A stretch of 33,701 bases of DNA from Methanobacteriota archaeon (GTDB taxonomy: Archaea; Thermoplasmatota; Poseidoniia; Poseidoniales; Poseidoniaceae): positions 1 through 33,701 of the forward strand of contig PAMN02000015.1 of the NCBI GenBank assembly GCA_002707335.2, in the 5' to 3' direction. Position numbers and translations under genes: made by a program. Positions 15,488-24,588 of this stretch are shown in pieces. Numbering within the stretch: position 1 is the stretch's first letter; each line of letters starts with the position of its first letter. The notes under the pieces are model-generated. The model had not been told where the DNA came from. It saw nothing but the letters and a program-made list of their open reading frames with translations, and did not search any database.

Positions 15488-16270
15488 TTAGGCCTCCTTA
15501 GATTTGACGAGTTCGGCTAGTTCAGCACATCGGTTTTGAGCCACTTCTAGTATCTCGGCGAATTCTGCCGGCGTCAAAGTTCCCTTTAAGCCCTTTTGTA
15601 AGGAATGTAGGTGCCCTTCTTCAGCAAGTGTGATATGTACTCTTTCTTCTCCGCCAGTTTCTTCTTCAACATTTGCGTCAATAACGTACCTTCCTCCAAC
15701 TCTTGTGAATGTGCACATGGTTGGTGTTTTTTGAACTTGAAGGGGATAATCTTCGCCGATATCAAATCTTTCTGCAGGTACAATTGCTGTTTTCAAAGCA
15801 GCGATAGCAGCCAAAGCGGATGCATCGAAAACATTACCTTGGTCTGAGAGGACGTGAATGTCAATCATGACACCCAGAACCTTCTCTCCAGGTATAATAC
15901 ACAATGAGTCCATATCAATGCAACCAGATTCTCTTATACCTCTATCCACAACTCTACCTAATTCAATCGATTCAGGAGAAGGGGGTCCAGCCTCGTACTT
16001 CAGTGCCGCAACTGGTCTTAATTCAGCCCCACACATCAAAGATCCTTGAGTAGGCCTGTCTGGCCAAGGTGCTCTGACTTCGAATTTCACTCCTGCATAC
16101 ACAATTGTGTCACCCCATGTTACTTTGGCACTACCTTCTGCATTGTACAAGCAGTCAGTTTCCAGTAGAATATCTCTCGATTCCCATCTACCTCTTCCGT
16201 CAATACGTTTGTCAGCGGCTGCTAAATTTGCAAGTTCTTGTCTAAGTAGGTTAGAAACTATTTCAACCAT
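15488..16270 (-). CDS. rrp42: Exosome complex subunit Rrp42 (RNase PH-like, non-catalytic)
   Basis: RNase PH-like fold signature 'RIDGRGRWESRDI'. Length is 260 aa, and it lies immediately downstream of Rrp41 with a 0-nt gap. Confidence 0.9.
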   Translation of the reverse strand: MVEIVSNLLRQELANLAAADKRIDGRGRWESRDILLETDCLYNAEGSAKVTWGDTIVYAGVKFEVRAPWPDRPTQGSLMCGAELRPVAALKYEAGPPSPESIELGRVVDRGIRESGCIDMDSLCIIPGEKVLGVMIDIHVLSDQGNVFDASALAAIAALKTAIVPAERFDIGEDYPLQVQKTPTMCTFTRVGGRYVIDANVEEETGGEERVHITLAEEGHLHSLQKGLKGTLTPAEFAEILEVAQNRCAELAELVKSKEA

Positions 16271-17008
16271 TCAAGCACCTCCATTCTTAGATTCATATCT
16301 TCTTCGAAGAGCATCCATTTGGATTTCGTGAATTTCTTTTGCAGCCTTCATGTTATATTCCATGCAAAGATTGAATTCTTCTACAGATAAATCTCCATCC
16401 ATTTGTAGGAAAGCAATTTCTTCAGTTGTTGGTAGAATGCCCATGGGTAAATCAGCCTGACCATAGTTATCTTCTGCCTTGTCTAAATCTAAAACGACAG
16501 TGTCTTCGACTTTTCCACTAGCTACTCCTACAATCATGTCACGCATTGGTATACCTGCATCAGCCAGTGCAACAGATGCAGCAGTAATACCTACACATCT
16601 TGTTCCTGCTTCGGCAGACAGAATCTCAATTTCCACTCTAATTTTAGAGCGTGGGTACCTTTCAACTAATACCACGCTTTCTAAAGCTTCAGCAGTAACT
16701 TTGCTTATTTCTCTAGATCTTCGGTTGAAACCTGGCCTAATTCTGTCACTAGTTGAAAAAGGCGCCATGTTATATCTTAAATCGATGACTGCTCTATCTT
16801 GTCTCTGAATTTTTCTTGGATGAGCTTCCATTGGGCCGTAGACTGCACAAACAGCCACATTCAATCCATGTTTAACCCATGCAGAACCATCAGCAGCAGG
16901 CAAAACTCCTGCTTCAATTTGAACTTCTCTCATCTCGTCTAATTTACGACCATCAAGTCGCAATCCATCATCTCTCAGTAATTGGACGTCTCCATATCCT
17001 CCCATCAA
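16271..17008 (-). CDS. rrp41: Exosome complex exonuclease Rrp41 (RNase PH domain)
   Basis: Contains 'LRLDGRKLDEMREV', 'FNRRSREISK' and 'AGTRCVGITAASVALADAGIPMRD'. It overlaps the Rrp4 stop by 4 nt. Confidence 0.93.
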   Translation of the reverse strand: MMGGYGDVQLLRDDGLRLDGRKLDEMREVQIEAGVLPAADGSAWVKHGLNVAVCAVYGPMEAHPRKIQRQDRAVIDLRYNMAPFSTSDRIRPGFNRRSREISKVTAEALESVVLVERYPRSKIRVEIEILSAEAGTRCVGITAASVALADAGIPMRDMIVGVASGKVEDTVVLDLDKAEDNYGQADLPMGILPTTEEIAFLQMDGDLSVEEFNLCMEYNMKAAKEIHEIQMDALRRRYESKNGGA

Positions 17009-17727
17009 TTATTCCTCCTTTCATTTGCATAATTTTGAATTGAACTCAATACATTAGATTCGTGACCCATTGATTTTATCAAATCAATCCCATCCCTAAC
17101 TGTAGTGATGTTTGCTGGATCTCCGTCTACCCATATTCGACCATTGTCCCCAACAATTATTCTGCAATCTGAAATTTCTTTCAAAATGTTCAGAATTTCT
17201 TCATTATTTTCTCTAATGGTTTTGATTAGATTAACTGGTAGTTCAAGAACTGAACCTTCTTTCAGTTTTCTCAGTCCTACTCCTTTCATAGTTAGAACAA
17301 TGTTGTGCGCTTCGTCAACTTCTTGAACACGTGCAAGCATTACATCCCCGATGTCCATGTGTTCTCTAGCTGCTCCAAATTCAACCTTCCATGGTGCTAA
17401 TGACATTGGTAAAAGACCGTTAAATGGGCCATTGACTTCAGCGAACCAAAGATTGTTTCGAACGCTTTCAATTACTCCTACAACAAGGTCTCCTGACCTT
17501 GGTAAATATGCTGAATAAATTGGCTCAACAAACAATACCCCATTGTTTTCTTTGGCGTATCCTAATTTAGTTGATATGATATTGTCTCCCTGTTTTAGGG
17601 TTCCAGTTCCCGCTCGTGCGCCAGAAGAAGCCCCGATGGCCTCTCCAGGAGTCACGAGGCGCTGCACGGCGCCTTCTTTCGCTCCTGTCATTTCTTTGTC
17701 TCCGTGTCGACCCACTGGCGACCCCAT
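17005..17727 (-). CDS. rrp4: Exosome RNA-binding subunit Rrp4 (S1 + KH)
   Basis: Contains 'RLVTPGEAI', the S1 segment 'YLPRSGDLVVGVIESVRNNLWFAEV' and a KH-like C-terminus 'CRIIVGDNGRIWV'. It has conserved synteny with Rrp41/42. Confidence 0.88.
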   Translation of the reverse strand: MGSPVGRHGDKEMTGAKEGAVQRLVTPGEAIGASSGARAGTGTLKQGDNIISTKLGYAKENNGVLFVEPIYSAYLPRSGDLVVGVIESVRNNLWFAEVNGPFNGLLPMSLAPWKVEFGAAREHMDIGDVMLARVQEVDEAHNIVLTMKGVGLRKLKEGSVLELPVNLIKTIRENNEEILNILKEISDCRIIVGDNGRIWVDGDPANITTVRDGIDLIKSMGHESNVLSSIQNYANERRNN

Positions 17728-17748
17728 GATAAAGCAGACGATTGAAAA

Positions 17749-18438
17749 TTAATCCAATTCTTTGACTTCTGCATTACTTGCTATACCCTTTACTTTCCCG
17801 ATTAAATTTCCTGCCATTCCGGGGGGGCATTCGATAATACAAGCCCAATCACCATTTGAAAGCCAGTCTTCTTTGTCTAAATATGGACGTAAAAATTTGC
17901 TAGACGCACCATATCCAGAACTTGGTATTCTAAACGCGATTCGTATTGGTTCGAAAGACAATGGAATCATGTGTTTCAAGACGTTTATCGCATCCTTTAC
18001 TTGGATGTCAATTCGTTTGAAAGGGTCTACAGAAAATTTGCTCTCTTCAAGAGCTAACTCTATCCTCGTTCTTGGATGTGGAGATTTTGCTTTAGGGTCG
18101 ATGGCAGTCTGATGAATTTCCTGGATGATTAATTGACGCTTTTGTTCAACCATTTGTTTTCTTTGCGTGGTTGTAAGTTGAATAGAACCTTTCTCTAATA
18201 TCTTTTGAGCAATAACGGCAATATCTTGTGTCGCAAATGTAGAATCAATTGCTTCTTCTGTTGGTCTGTCTCCGCCTCGAGCATCATGCCAAACTTCGTC
18301 AGTTGCCAAGAAATCATCTATGTCTACTGAACTTGGATCATTGCGAAAGTTGTCTACTAAATCTGGATCAACCAGAATTTCATATCTTTTTCCACCATAC
18401 TCCCATCTAGCCAAGACTGCATTGTCTAGGCTTACCAT
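17749..18438 (-). CDS. SBDS-family ribosome maturation protein
   Basis: The N-terminal FYSH-like 'ARWEYGGKRYEILVDPD', a length of 229 aa, and the conserved position between proteasome alpha and Rrp4. Confidence 0.9.
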   Translation of the reverse strand: MVSLDNAVLARWEYGGKRYEILVDPDLVDNFRNDPSSVDIDDFLATDEVWHDARGGDRPTEEAIDSTFATQDIAVIAQKILEKGSIQLTTTQRKQMVEQKRQLIIQEIHQTAIDPKAKSPHPRTRIELALEESKFSVDPFKRIDIQVKDAINVLKHMIPLSFEPIRIAFRIPSSGYGASSKFLRPYLDKEDWLSNGDWACIIECPPGMAGNLIGKVKGIASNAEVKELD

Positions 18439-18440
18439 GT

Positions 18441-19163
18441 TTAATCCTCAAGTGGTTTTAATCTGTCAATTTGTTTATTGACCTCTTTCCTATCAAGTAC
18501 CGAGTAACCGTTTGAATCTATCACCGCAACTTCGACTGCTTCTCTGTTTAATTCTTGGTCGTTAGCGTTTCGAAGTGCTTCAAGTCCTAGTTTTAGAGCA
18601 GCATTTAGAGTCATATTCTGTTTCCAATTCTTTTCAAAGAATTCTACAACTGTGTTTCTACCGCTACCAATTGCACCTGCGTGGTATGACTGATATGCGC
18701 CAGATGGGTCTGTTTCGTAAAGGTGGATTCCGTTATCGTCAACTCCTCCAATAAGCAGAGCAGTTCCAAATGGCCTAGATCCGCCGTATTGAGTAAATGA
18801 CTGTTTGAAATCACAAATTTTCTTTGTCATAATATCCAGTGGTATAGTATCGGAATATGTGATTCTGTTGACTTGAGCTTCTACTCTTGCTCTTGCAACA
18901 AGTTGTCTCGCATCAGCAACCAAACCGCTTGTTGCAATTCCAATATGTCCATCTATTTTGAACAGTTTTTCAATTGATTCAGGAATAATCAATCTGCTTG
19001 CGATTCTCTTATCGCAGACCAATACTATTCCCTCTTTGAATTTCAATCCTGCCGTTGTAGTTCCTCTTTTGACACTCTCTCTGGCGTATTCAACCTGAAA
19101 CAATCTTCCGTCTGGGCTGAATGTAGTAATCCCGTGGTCGTAACCTCTTCCGCTTGGCTGCAT
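18441..19163 (-). CDS. psmA: Proteasome alpha subunit
   Basis: Contains 'YDHGITTFSPDGRLFQVEYA'. It is 240 aa and is the first gene of the superoperon. A GAGGGAG Shine-Dalgarno-like element lies 4 nt upstream of the ATG. Confidence 0.96.
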   Translation of the reverse strand: MQPSGRGYDHGITTFSPDGRLFQVEYARESVKRGTTTAGLKFKEGIVLVCDKRIASRLIIPESIEKLFKIDGHIGIATSGLVADARQLVARARVEAQVNRITYSDTIPLDIMTKKICDFKQSFTQYGGSRPFGTALLIGGVDDNGIHLYETDPSGAYQSYHAGAIGSGRNTVVEFFEKNWKQNMTLNAALKLGLEALRNANDQELNREAVEVAVIDSNGYSVLDRKEVNKQIDRLKPLED

Positions 19164-19225
19164 ATTGCTCCCTCTGACCCGCTCTCTGGGTGGGGTCTTA
19201 TCAACCTTGGCGGTATCCGCTGGAT

Positions 19226-19873
19226 ATGAAAGTAGCAGTTTTATCCAGTGGCGGAAAAGATAGTAGCGCTGCTATTTGGTGGGCTCAGTGCAAAGGATGG
19301 GAGGTTAGCCATATCGTAACTGTGATAATTACGGGTGGAGATTCAATGATGTTCCAAGTTCCTGGCACACATCTAGTTGAAAAGCAGGCTGTTTCTTGTG
19401 GAACTGTGTGGGTTTCAGTGGAAACTTTAGGTGAGGAAGATTCTGAAATTTCAGATTTGGAAACTGCACTCTCAAATTTGGTCATAGATGGAATTGTTTC
19501 TGGGGCACTGAGGTCTGATTACCAAAAAACAAAATTGGAACGAATGTGTGAACGATTGGCAATCAAATCGTTCACTCCTCTTTGGCATCAATCCCCATTC
19601 ACCCACATGTCGGGTTTAATTGAAAACGGTTTCAAGATTATGATAACAAGTGTTTCGGCTGAGGGAATAGATGAGAAGTGGTTAGGTCATGTGTTAACTC
19701 AGGAATCGTATTTGGAGTTGGAAAAATTATCCCAAAAATTCAGATTCAATATCGATGGTGAGGGCGGTGAATATGAAACTCTTGTTATCGATGGACCTCA
19801 CATGTCATCTGACTTGGATATTCAATACACTAAGCACTGGGATGGCATTAGAGGCCATTTAGAATTCTTGTAA
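19226..19873 (+). CDS. dph6: Diphthine-ammonia ligase (Dph6, MJ0570-type ATP pyrophosphatase)
   Basis: PP-loop 'VLSSGGKDSS', 'GALRSDYQKTKLERMC' and 'GEGGEYETLVIDGP'. ATG 19226 (MKVAVL...) is preferred over the track GTG at 19190. Confidence 0.85.
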   Translation: MKVAVLSSGGKDSSAAIWWAQCKGWEVSHIVTVIITGGDSMMFQVPGTHLVEKQAVSCGTVWVSVETLGEEDSEISDLETALSNLVIDGIVSGALRSDYQKTKLERMCERLAIKSFTPLWHQSPFTHMSGLIENGFKIMITSVSAEGIDEKWLGHVLTQESYLELEKLSQKFRFNIDGEGGEYETLVIDGPHMSSDLDIQYTKHWDGIRGHLEFL

Positions 19874-19929
19874 ATCTAGCATATGGTTCACACACAAGGT
19901 TCATGTTCTATTCGCGAGAGCGTATCTTC

Positions 19930-21279
19930 ATGGCATTTTGTCCATTGGATTACAGATACGGTTGTCAAGACTTCAAACACATATGGTCTGAACTAGGAAG
20001 GCACGAGAGACAGTTGGAAGTTGAACGTGCTTTAATTTGGGCTCATATGAAGATGGGCAAGGTTTCAGAGAGTGATTATAAAATTGTAGAATCTATATCG
20101 AATTCAGAAACTGTAACTAAAGAACGTGTTAGTGAAATTGAAGCTGAAACAAGACATGACATCATGGCTCTTACGAAGGCGATGGCTGAAGCGGCAGGTG
20201 AAGCCGGTTGGTGTATTCACTTGGGTGCGACATCCAATGATATTGTTGATACAGCGGTCGCTTTGCAACTACGTGATTCAATTGTATTGCTCAGAGAACA
20301 ATTGATCAATTTGATATCTGTAACTGCAAACCTTGCTGAAAGAGAAAGGGACACTGTTATGTTAGGAAGAACTCACGGACAAGCGGCAGTTCCAATCACT
20401 TTTGGACTCAAGGTCGCAGTTTGGTTAGATGAACTTAGAAGGCAACTTGTCAGATTAGACGAAGCAGCACCAAGAATTGCTGTAGGCAAATTTTTGGGAG
20501 CAGTTGGTACCGGTGCCGCTCAAGGTGAAGGTGCTAGAGAATTACAAAGACTCATATTGACTCACCTGGGATTAGGAACTCCTCTCGCTACTACCCAAGT
20601 AGTCGGAAGAGATCGATACATTGAGTATGTCTCATGGCTTGCTAATGTTGCTTGCACCTGTGAAAAAATACTTCAGGAAATCAGAAATTTACAGCGCTCA
20701 GAAATATCCGAGGCGGGAGAAGGATTCGATGTTAAGAAACAAGTTGGTTCTTCAACAATGGCCCATAAAAAGAATCCAATAAAATCAGAAAATGCATCTG
20801 GTTTAGCGAGAATTGTCAGATCGTTCATCATTCCTACATATGAAAATGCATTGCTTTGGCATGAACGTGATCTAGCTAACTCAAGCAGTGAAAGATTTAC
20901 TCTTTCTCATGGATCTGCCCTTTGTGAGGATGTATTGAGTAAAACTGCAAATGTCCTTCAAAACTTATGGGTTGACAAGGATAAGATGCTTGAAAATATT
21001 GCTAATCAAAAAGGATTGGTTATGGCAGAAAAAGTAATGATTGAACTGGTAAATCATGGAATTGGGAGAGATGAAGCCCATGAAGTTCTTCGTTCTGCGT
21101 CTTTTGAGGCAATAAATAACGGTGAAGAATTGATTGATGTTTGTTCCAGAACTCCTGCAATATCTGCTGCATTTACCGCTGAAGAATTAGAAGCAATGTT
21201 TGAACCAGCAAATCACATTGGAGTTTCTGGTGAAATAGTTGATGAAGCTGTTGAACTTGCAAGGAAAGCGATTGTTTAG
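19930..21279 (+). CDS. purB: Adenylosuccinate lyase
   Basis: N-terminal 'PLDYRYG' and the fumarate-lyase signature 'GSSTMAHKKNP'. ATG 19930 (MAFCPLDYRYG) is preferred over the track start at 19903. Confidence 0.95.
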   Translation: MAFCPLDYRYGCQDFKHIWSELGRHERQLEVERALIWAHMKMGKVSESDYKIVESISNSETVTKERVSEIEAETRHDIMALTKAMAEAAGEAGWCIHLGATSNDIVDTAVALQLRDSIVLLREQLINLISVTANLAERERDTVMLGRTHGQAAVPITFGLKVAVWLDELRRQLVRLDEAAPRIAVGKFLGAVGTGAAQGEGARELQRLILTHLGLGTPLATTQVVGRDRYIEYVSWLANVACTCEKILQEIRNLQRSEISEAGEGFDVKKQVGSSTMAHKKNPIKSENASGLARIVRSFIIPTYENALLWHERDLANSSSERFTLSHGSALCEDVLSKTANVLQNLWVDKDKMLENIANQKGLVMAEKVMIELVNHGIGRDEAHEVLRSASFEAINNGEELIDVCSRTPAISAAFTAEELEAMFEPANHIGVSGEIVDEAVELARKAIV

Positions 21280-21710
21280 TCTTCCTGCATCATCGCATAT
21301 CTAACTAATATCATAGACAATAATGCGGCTATTGTAAATGCTATACCAACCATTTTAGACATGTCATACCAAAGGAAAATAATTCCAACAATCGAGATAT
21401 AAGCCATAAATTGACATAATGCACTGGCTTTATTCAGTTTATTCTTCATAACTTCATTAAGAGTAAACTGATTTTCTAGTAAAAACGTGTAAATTAGAAA
21501 ATATATTCCTTGGAACGGAATTGTAGCCGCAATCACTGTTAATGCAATTTCTCTAGTTGAATTAGGATCTCTGTTCTGTTCAATACCTTGGAATAGAAGC
21601 AATGCAGTGTTTGTGCCAAGTAATGCTGCCATTATAGTCCAGCGTTTATCCTGAGAAGATGTCCTGGATTCTACGTTAACAGAATCAGAGGACATAGAAA
21701 TTCCTTTCAC
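21276..21710 (-). CDS. Hypothetical integral membrane protein (about 4 TM segments)
   Basis: 144-aa ORF with four hydrophobic stretches (for example 'WTIMAALLGTNTALLLF', 'IALTVIAATIPFQGIYFLIYTFLL'). No family recognised. Its stop overlaps the purB stop. Confidence 0.5.
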   Translation of the reverse strand: MKGISMSSDSVNVESRTSSQDKRWTIMAALLGTNTALLLFQGIEQNRDPNSTREIALTVIAATIPFQGIYFLIYTFLLENQFTLNEVMKNKLNKASALCQFMAYISIVGIIFLWYDMSKMVGIAFTIAALLSMILVRYAMMQED

Positions 21711-21766
21711 ATTAGGAACTTTTAGGTTACTGTCAAAAACATGTCTTGACTAGTGTTTTGGGACAC

Positions 21767-22030
21767 TCACAGAAATTTCAGTGCAAGTATGATTGAACCA
21801 GTGATTGATGCTACTATCATTAGAAGAATAATCATAGCATGAGGCCCATATTCATTTTTGTCATCTAGAGCGCTTCCAAAGAGACCATCTCTCGAAAGAG
21901 CGGTTGACAAGTTTCCTGCTTCATTAAATTCAGGTAGAGGCTTCCGAGGTATTCTTTCCCCTTTCTTAATTTCGCCGCTCATGTTACGTCCAAAGATTTC
22001 TTGCTCATATGGATTATCATTGTAAATCAT
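21767..22030 (-). CDS. Hypothetical small C-terminally membrane-anchored protein
   Basis: 87-aa ORF with a single C-terminal TM ('AMIILLMIVASITGSIILALKFL'). No family recognised, and it could be spurious. Confidence 0.4.
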   Translation of the reverse strand: MIYNDNPYEQEIFGRNMSGEIKKGERIPRKPLPEFNEAGNLSTALSRDGLFGSALDDKNEYGPHAMIILLMIVASITGSIILALKFL

Positions 22031-22060
22031 AAAAAAGCATATTTCAGATTACTTTTAGGC

Positions 22061-22618
22061 ATGGCTATGAAAGAACCAACTGTATCTGACATGTCCATTG
22101 CTGACGAGCATATCGTAGTAGATGCTAAATCTAAAGTTGGTGATGTTTGTGGAAAACTCTCAATAAATCCTAGGAACGCTGTCCTTGTAATGAAAAAAGG
22201 GGAGATAACGGGCGTAATAACTGCAAAAGACATTTTTGCACACCTTTTTCAAGGGAAGCATGTTGCAAAATTAAAGGTTGAAAAAATTATGAAGAGCAAT
22301 ATTCTAACCTTTAACGAAGACGAAAAGTTATCTGTAGCATTGGATGTTATGAGCAAAGAAAGACCTGATGCGATGGTTATAGTTGATTCTGATAATTCGT
22401 TCATTGGTTATTTTTCTGCTGAAGACTATAGAGATGCTACAAGAAGATTAGAAGCTCACCAACTAATGGCTGCCAGACTTTCTAGGTCTAAAAAAGCAAT
22501 AAATAAGCAAGCATCAAAAGAAAGCAAGCCAACTGAATTACTTGATCTTTTACTTGGTGGAAATGATTTCGAAGATGAAGAAGATGAGACCCCTCCATCT
22601 ACATTTACTCTTGGATGA
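22061..22618 (+). CDS. CBS-domain pair protein with an acidic disordered C-terminal tail
   Basis: It has two CBS-like repeats ('AVLVMKKGEITGVITAKDIF', 'AMVIVDSDNSFIGYFSAEDY'). ATG 22061 (MAMKEPTV) is preferred over the track start at 22001, which would overlap the divergent ORF. Confidence 0.8.
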   Translation: MAMKEPTVSDMSIADEHIVVDAKSKVGDVCGKLSINPRNAVLVMKKGEITGVITAKDIFAHLFQGKHVAKLKVEKIMKSNILTFNEDEKLSVALDVMSKERPDAMVIVDSDNSFIGYFSAEDYRDATRRLEAHQLMAARLSRSKKAINKQASKESKPTELLDLLLGGNDFEDEEDETPPSTFTLG

Positions 22619-22621
22619 GGG

Positions 22622-23203
22622 ATGTATTTGTCTCTTTACAAATTCAAACTTGAAGACAAAGCGATTCATCTAGCTGTCGAAGGTTCTTGTGGAGGAACTA
22701 GTCTGGGAATTCAATTAGCTCGCCAATCTATAGAAAATGGTGGCAGAGTTTTGTGGGCATCACCAGAATTACCTGATGGAACAAGATTTTCACAAATTTT
22801 CAAAGGATTAGACCCAGTTTCATCATCCCGCTTCCATGCCATGAACTTAGTTGGCAATTTTGACCAGGCGTTGGAATCATTAATCTCTGCAGCGAATATG
22901 CTACCTAATGTCGACGTAGTTATCTTGGATGATTATTGTCCAGATTCTGGTCGAATTCCCAAAGATATTGTAAACGGAGTGAACAAGTTAATCGGCGTCA
23001 GCAAATGGACAACACTTTTGATTTCAAAGGGTGGAGAGTCAATGGATGCAAAAGACACTATCAATGCTAGAGGTCGTAAGGAAATAAACTCAGATCAGGT
23101 TTGGTTACTTACTCGTCCTGAATCAAATTCAAGAAGGGTGTTATTTGTAAATGAGAAACCGATTAAACTGAAACTAACCGAAGATGGTTTTGAAGAGTAT
23201 TAA
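22622..23203 (+). CDS. RecA-superfamily (KaiC/RadA-like) protein with a degenerate Walker A
   Basis: 'HLAVEGSCGGTSLGIQLARQSIENGGRVLWAS' aligns with the KaiC-like 'G.pG.GKT.l..qf......g..vlyvs', but Thr replaces the P-loop Lys. Walker-B-like 'VDVVILDDY'. It starts 3 nt after the CBS gene stop. Confidence 0.55.
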   Translation: MYLSLYKFKLEDKAIHLAVEGSCGGTSLGIQLARQSIENGGRVLWASPELPDGTRFSQIFKGLDPVSSSRFHAMNLVGNFDQALESLISAANMLPNVDVVILDDYCPDSGRIPKDIVNGVNKLIGVSKWTTLLISKGGESMDAKDTINARGRKEINSDQVWLLTRPESNSRRVLFVNEKPIKLKLTEDGFEEY

Positions 23204-23433
23204 TCATCTTCACCCAATAGTTCTGCCATTTCTTCAAGAGCATCGTCATCAGGTTCATCGAATTGTTCAGGATTTTTAGCTGCTCCATCAATTAAATCAT
23301 CTCCTGCAACGGCTGGCGCAGCATCATCTCTTGCCTTAGCAAGATTTTCTCTTCCTTTATTTGTCATATACCATATCATTGCAATGAAGGTGATTCCTAA
23401 TACGATATATGTCACTTCTGTGGAGTTGACCAT
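23200..23433 (-). CDS. Hypothetical small protein (N-terminal TM helix, acidic tail)
   Basis: 77-aa ORF with TM 'VTYIVLGITFIAMIWYM' followed by an Asp/Glu-rich tail. It lies 24 nt downstream of tiaS. Confidence 0.45.
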   Translation of the reverse strand: MVNSTEVTYIVLGITFIAMIWYMTNKGRENLAKARDDAAPAVAGDDLIDGAAKNPEQFDEPDDDALEEMAELLGEDD

Positions 23434-23457
23434 AACTACCCCAATACGGATTGGCTA

Positions 23458-24585
23458 TCAAGATTTATGGTAACTTGATAGGTCTTCAGCCAAATGTCTT
23501 CTTTTGTCGTATGGTGGCTGAACCCAGTTTTTGAAAGGTGGGATTCTTTCTGATAATTCCCAATTATTCGGTGATTTTGTTTTGCATTTTGGACAGCGCG
23601 AACCTTGATTTTTCCCCATTGATTTCATTCGAGTGCCACACTGGCACATAGGTCGTAATTTACTTACAGAATTTAGAACTCGAATCCCCTCAAGATGTAG
23701 TTTTCCTTCGTATTCCAAACCAATGCAAGATATTTCATCACCTGATTCAAGCCATTGACATAAAATATTCATATCCCCGGAGTCAGAGAAACATATTATG
23801 CTTTTATTGATAATTACGTGACCACCTTTTTTGATTTCGATGTTTTCTACTGTGTGAGTGTATTCTCTTTCAATATGATCCCCTGTGGATTGATTTGTCT
23901 TGAATACTCTATGTCCAATTACATCGCTACAATCTTCTAACAAAATATTAGTTGCAGTCGTTGCAATATCTGGATTGATAGCCCTGACACCAAACAATAT
24001 CGGTGAGTTACCTCTTGGTGAAATCAATCCTCTGCTTGTTCTCGGATCTCTGCATAAGAATGTTCCATGGAGTTCCGTCACTTTAGTGAGTAGTTCTTCA
24101 CTAACATATCTTTCTTCATTGGTCCAAGCGATTCCTTCCCATGTTGCATTATGTGCTCTCCAAGAACATGAAGCAGCGGCTCCAATTCTTCCGTGACCAC
24201 CCCATTGAGTTCCTCCTTGTATGAAGGATATCTCCCCACGTACTGCATTCCAATAATGAATTTCGTCGGGCTGTTTATTAAATAGAACCATTCCAGGATC
24301 TGCAGGAAATTGTTTCCTATCTGAATGTTCTGATTCACCAATTTTACCAGATAATGGCTCAATATTAGATTTCCAATAATCATCTAGCCATGGTATGATT
24401 TCTTCTCCACAAAAAATTTCCACAGATAATGCTGCATTTCCTCGCGTTCTTCTGTTTGCAAATGGCCAAAGCCTAGTCAACCTGGGTTCGCCGTACTCGC
24501 ATGGTAGGTCTTTGAGCAATTGATGAAATACCAAAGTAGTACAACCACCAAGCAGCGAATCTGTGTCATCTAAACCTAGCCACAT
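23458..24585 (-). CDS. tiaS: tRNA(Ile2) 2-agmatinylcytidine synthetase TiaS
   Basis: N-terminal 'LGLDDTDSLLGGCTT' (compare TiaS 'GIDDTDS..GMCTT', including the autophosphorylated Thr position), 'PRLTRLWPFANRRTRGNAALS', and the C-terminal zinc ribbon 'CQCGTRMKSMGKNQGSRCPKCKTK' followed by 'PPYDKRRHL'. Confidence 0.9.
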   Translation of the reverse strand: MWLGLDDTDSLLGGCTTLVFHQLLKDLPCEYGEPRLTRLWPFANRRTRGNAALSVEIFCGEEIIPWLDDYWKSNIEPLSGKIGESEHSDRKQFPADPGMVLFNKQPDEIHYWNAVRGEISFIQGGTQWGGHGRIGAAASCSWRAHNATWEGIAWTNEERYVSEELLTKVTELHGTFLCRDPRTSRGLISPRGNSPILFGVRAINPDIATTATNILLEDCSDVIGHRVFKTNQSTGDHIEREYTHTVENIEIKKGGHVIINKSIICFSDSGDMNILCQWLESGDEISCIGLEYEGKLHLEGIRVLNSVSKLRPMCQCGTRMKSMGKNQGSRCPKCKTKSPNNWELSERIPPFKNWVQPPYDKRRHLAEDLSSYHKS

Positions 24586-24588
24586 TTG

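Noticed and set aside
19164-19225. GC-rich spacer between psmA and dph6 with a GACCC...GGGTC inverted repeat
   Set aside because: The stem is only 5 bp with a 12-nt loop, so it has no statistical weight. It probably just holds the two divergent promoters and Shine-Dalgarno elements.
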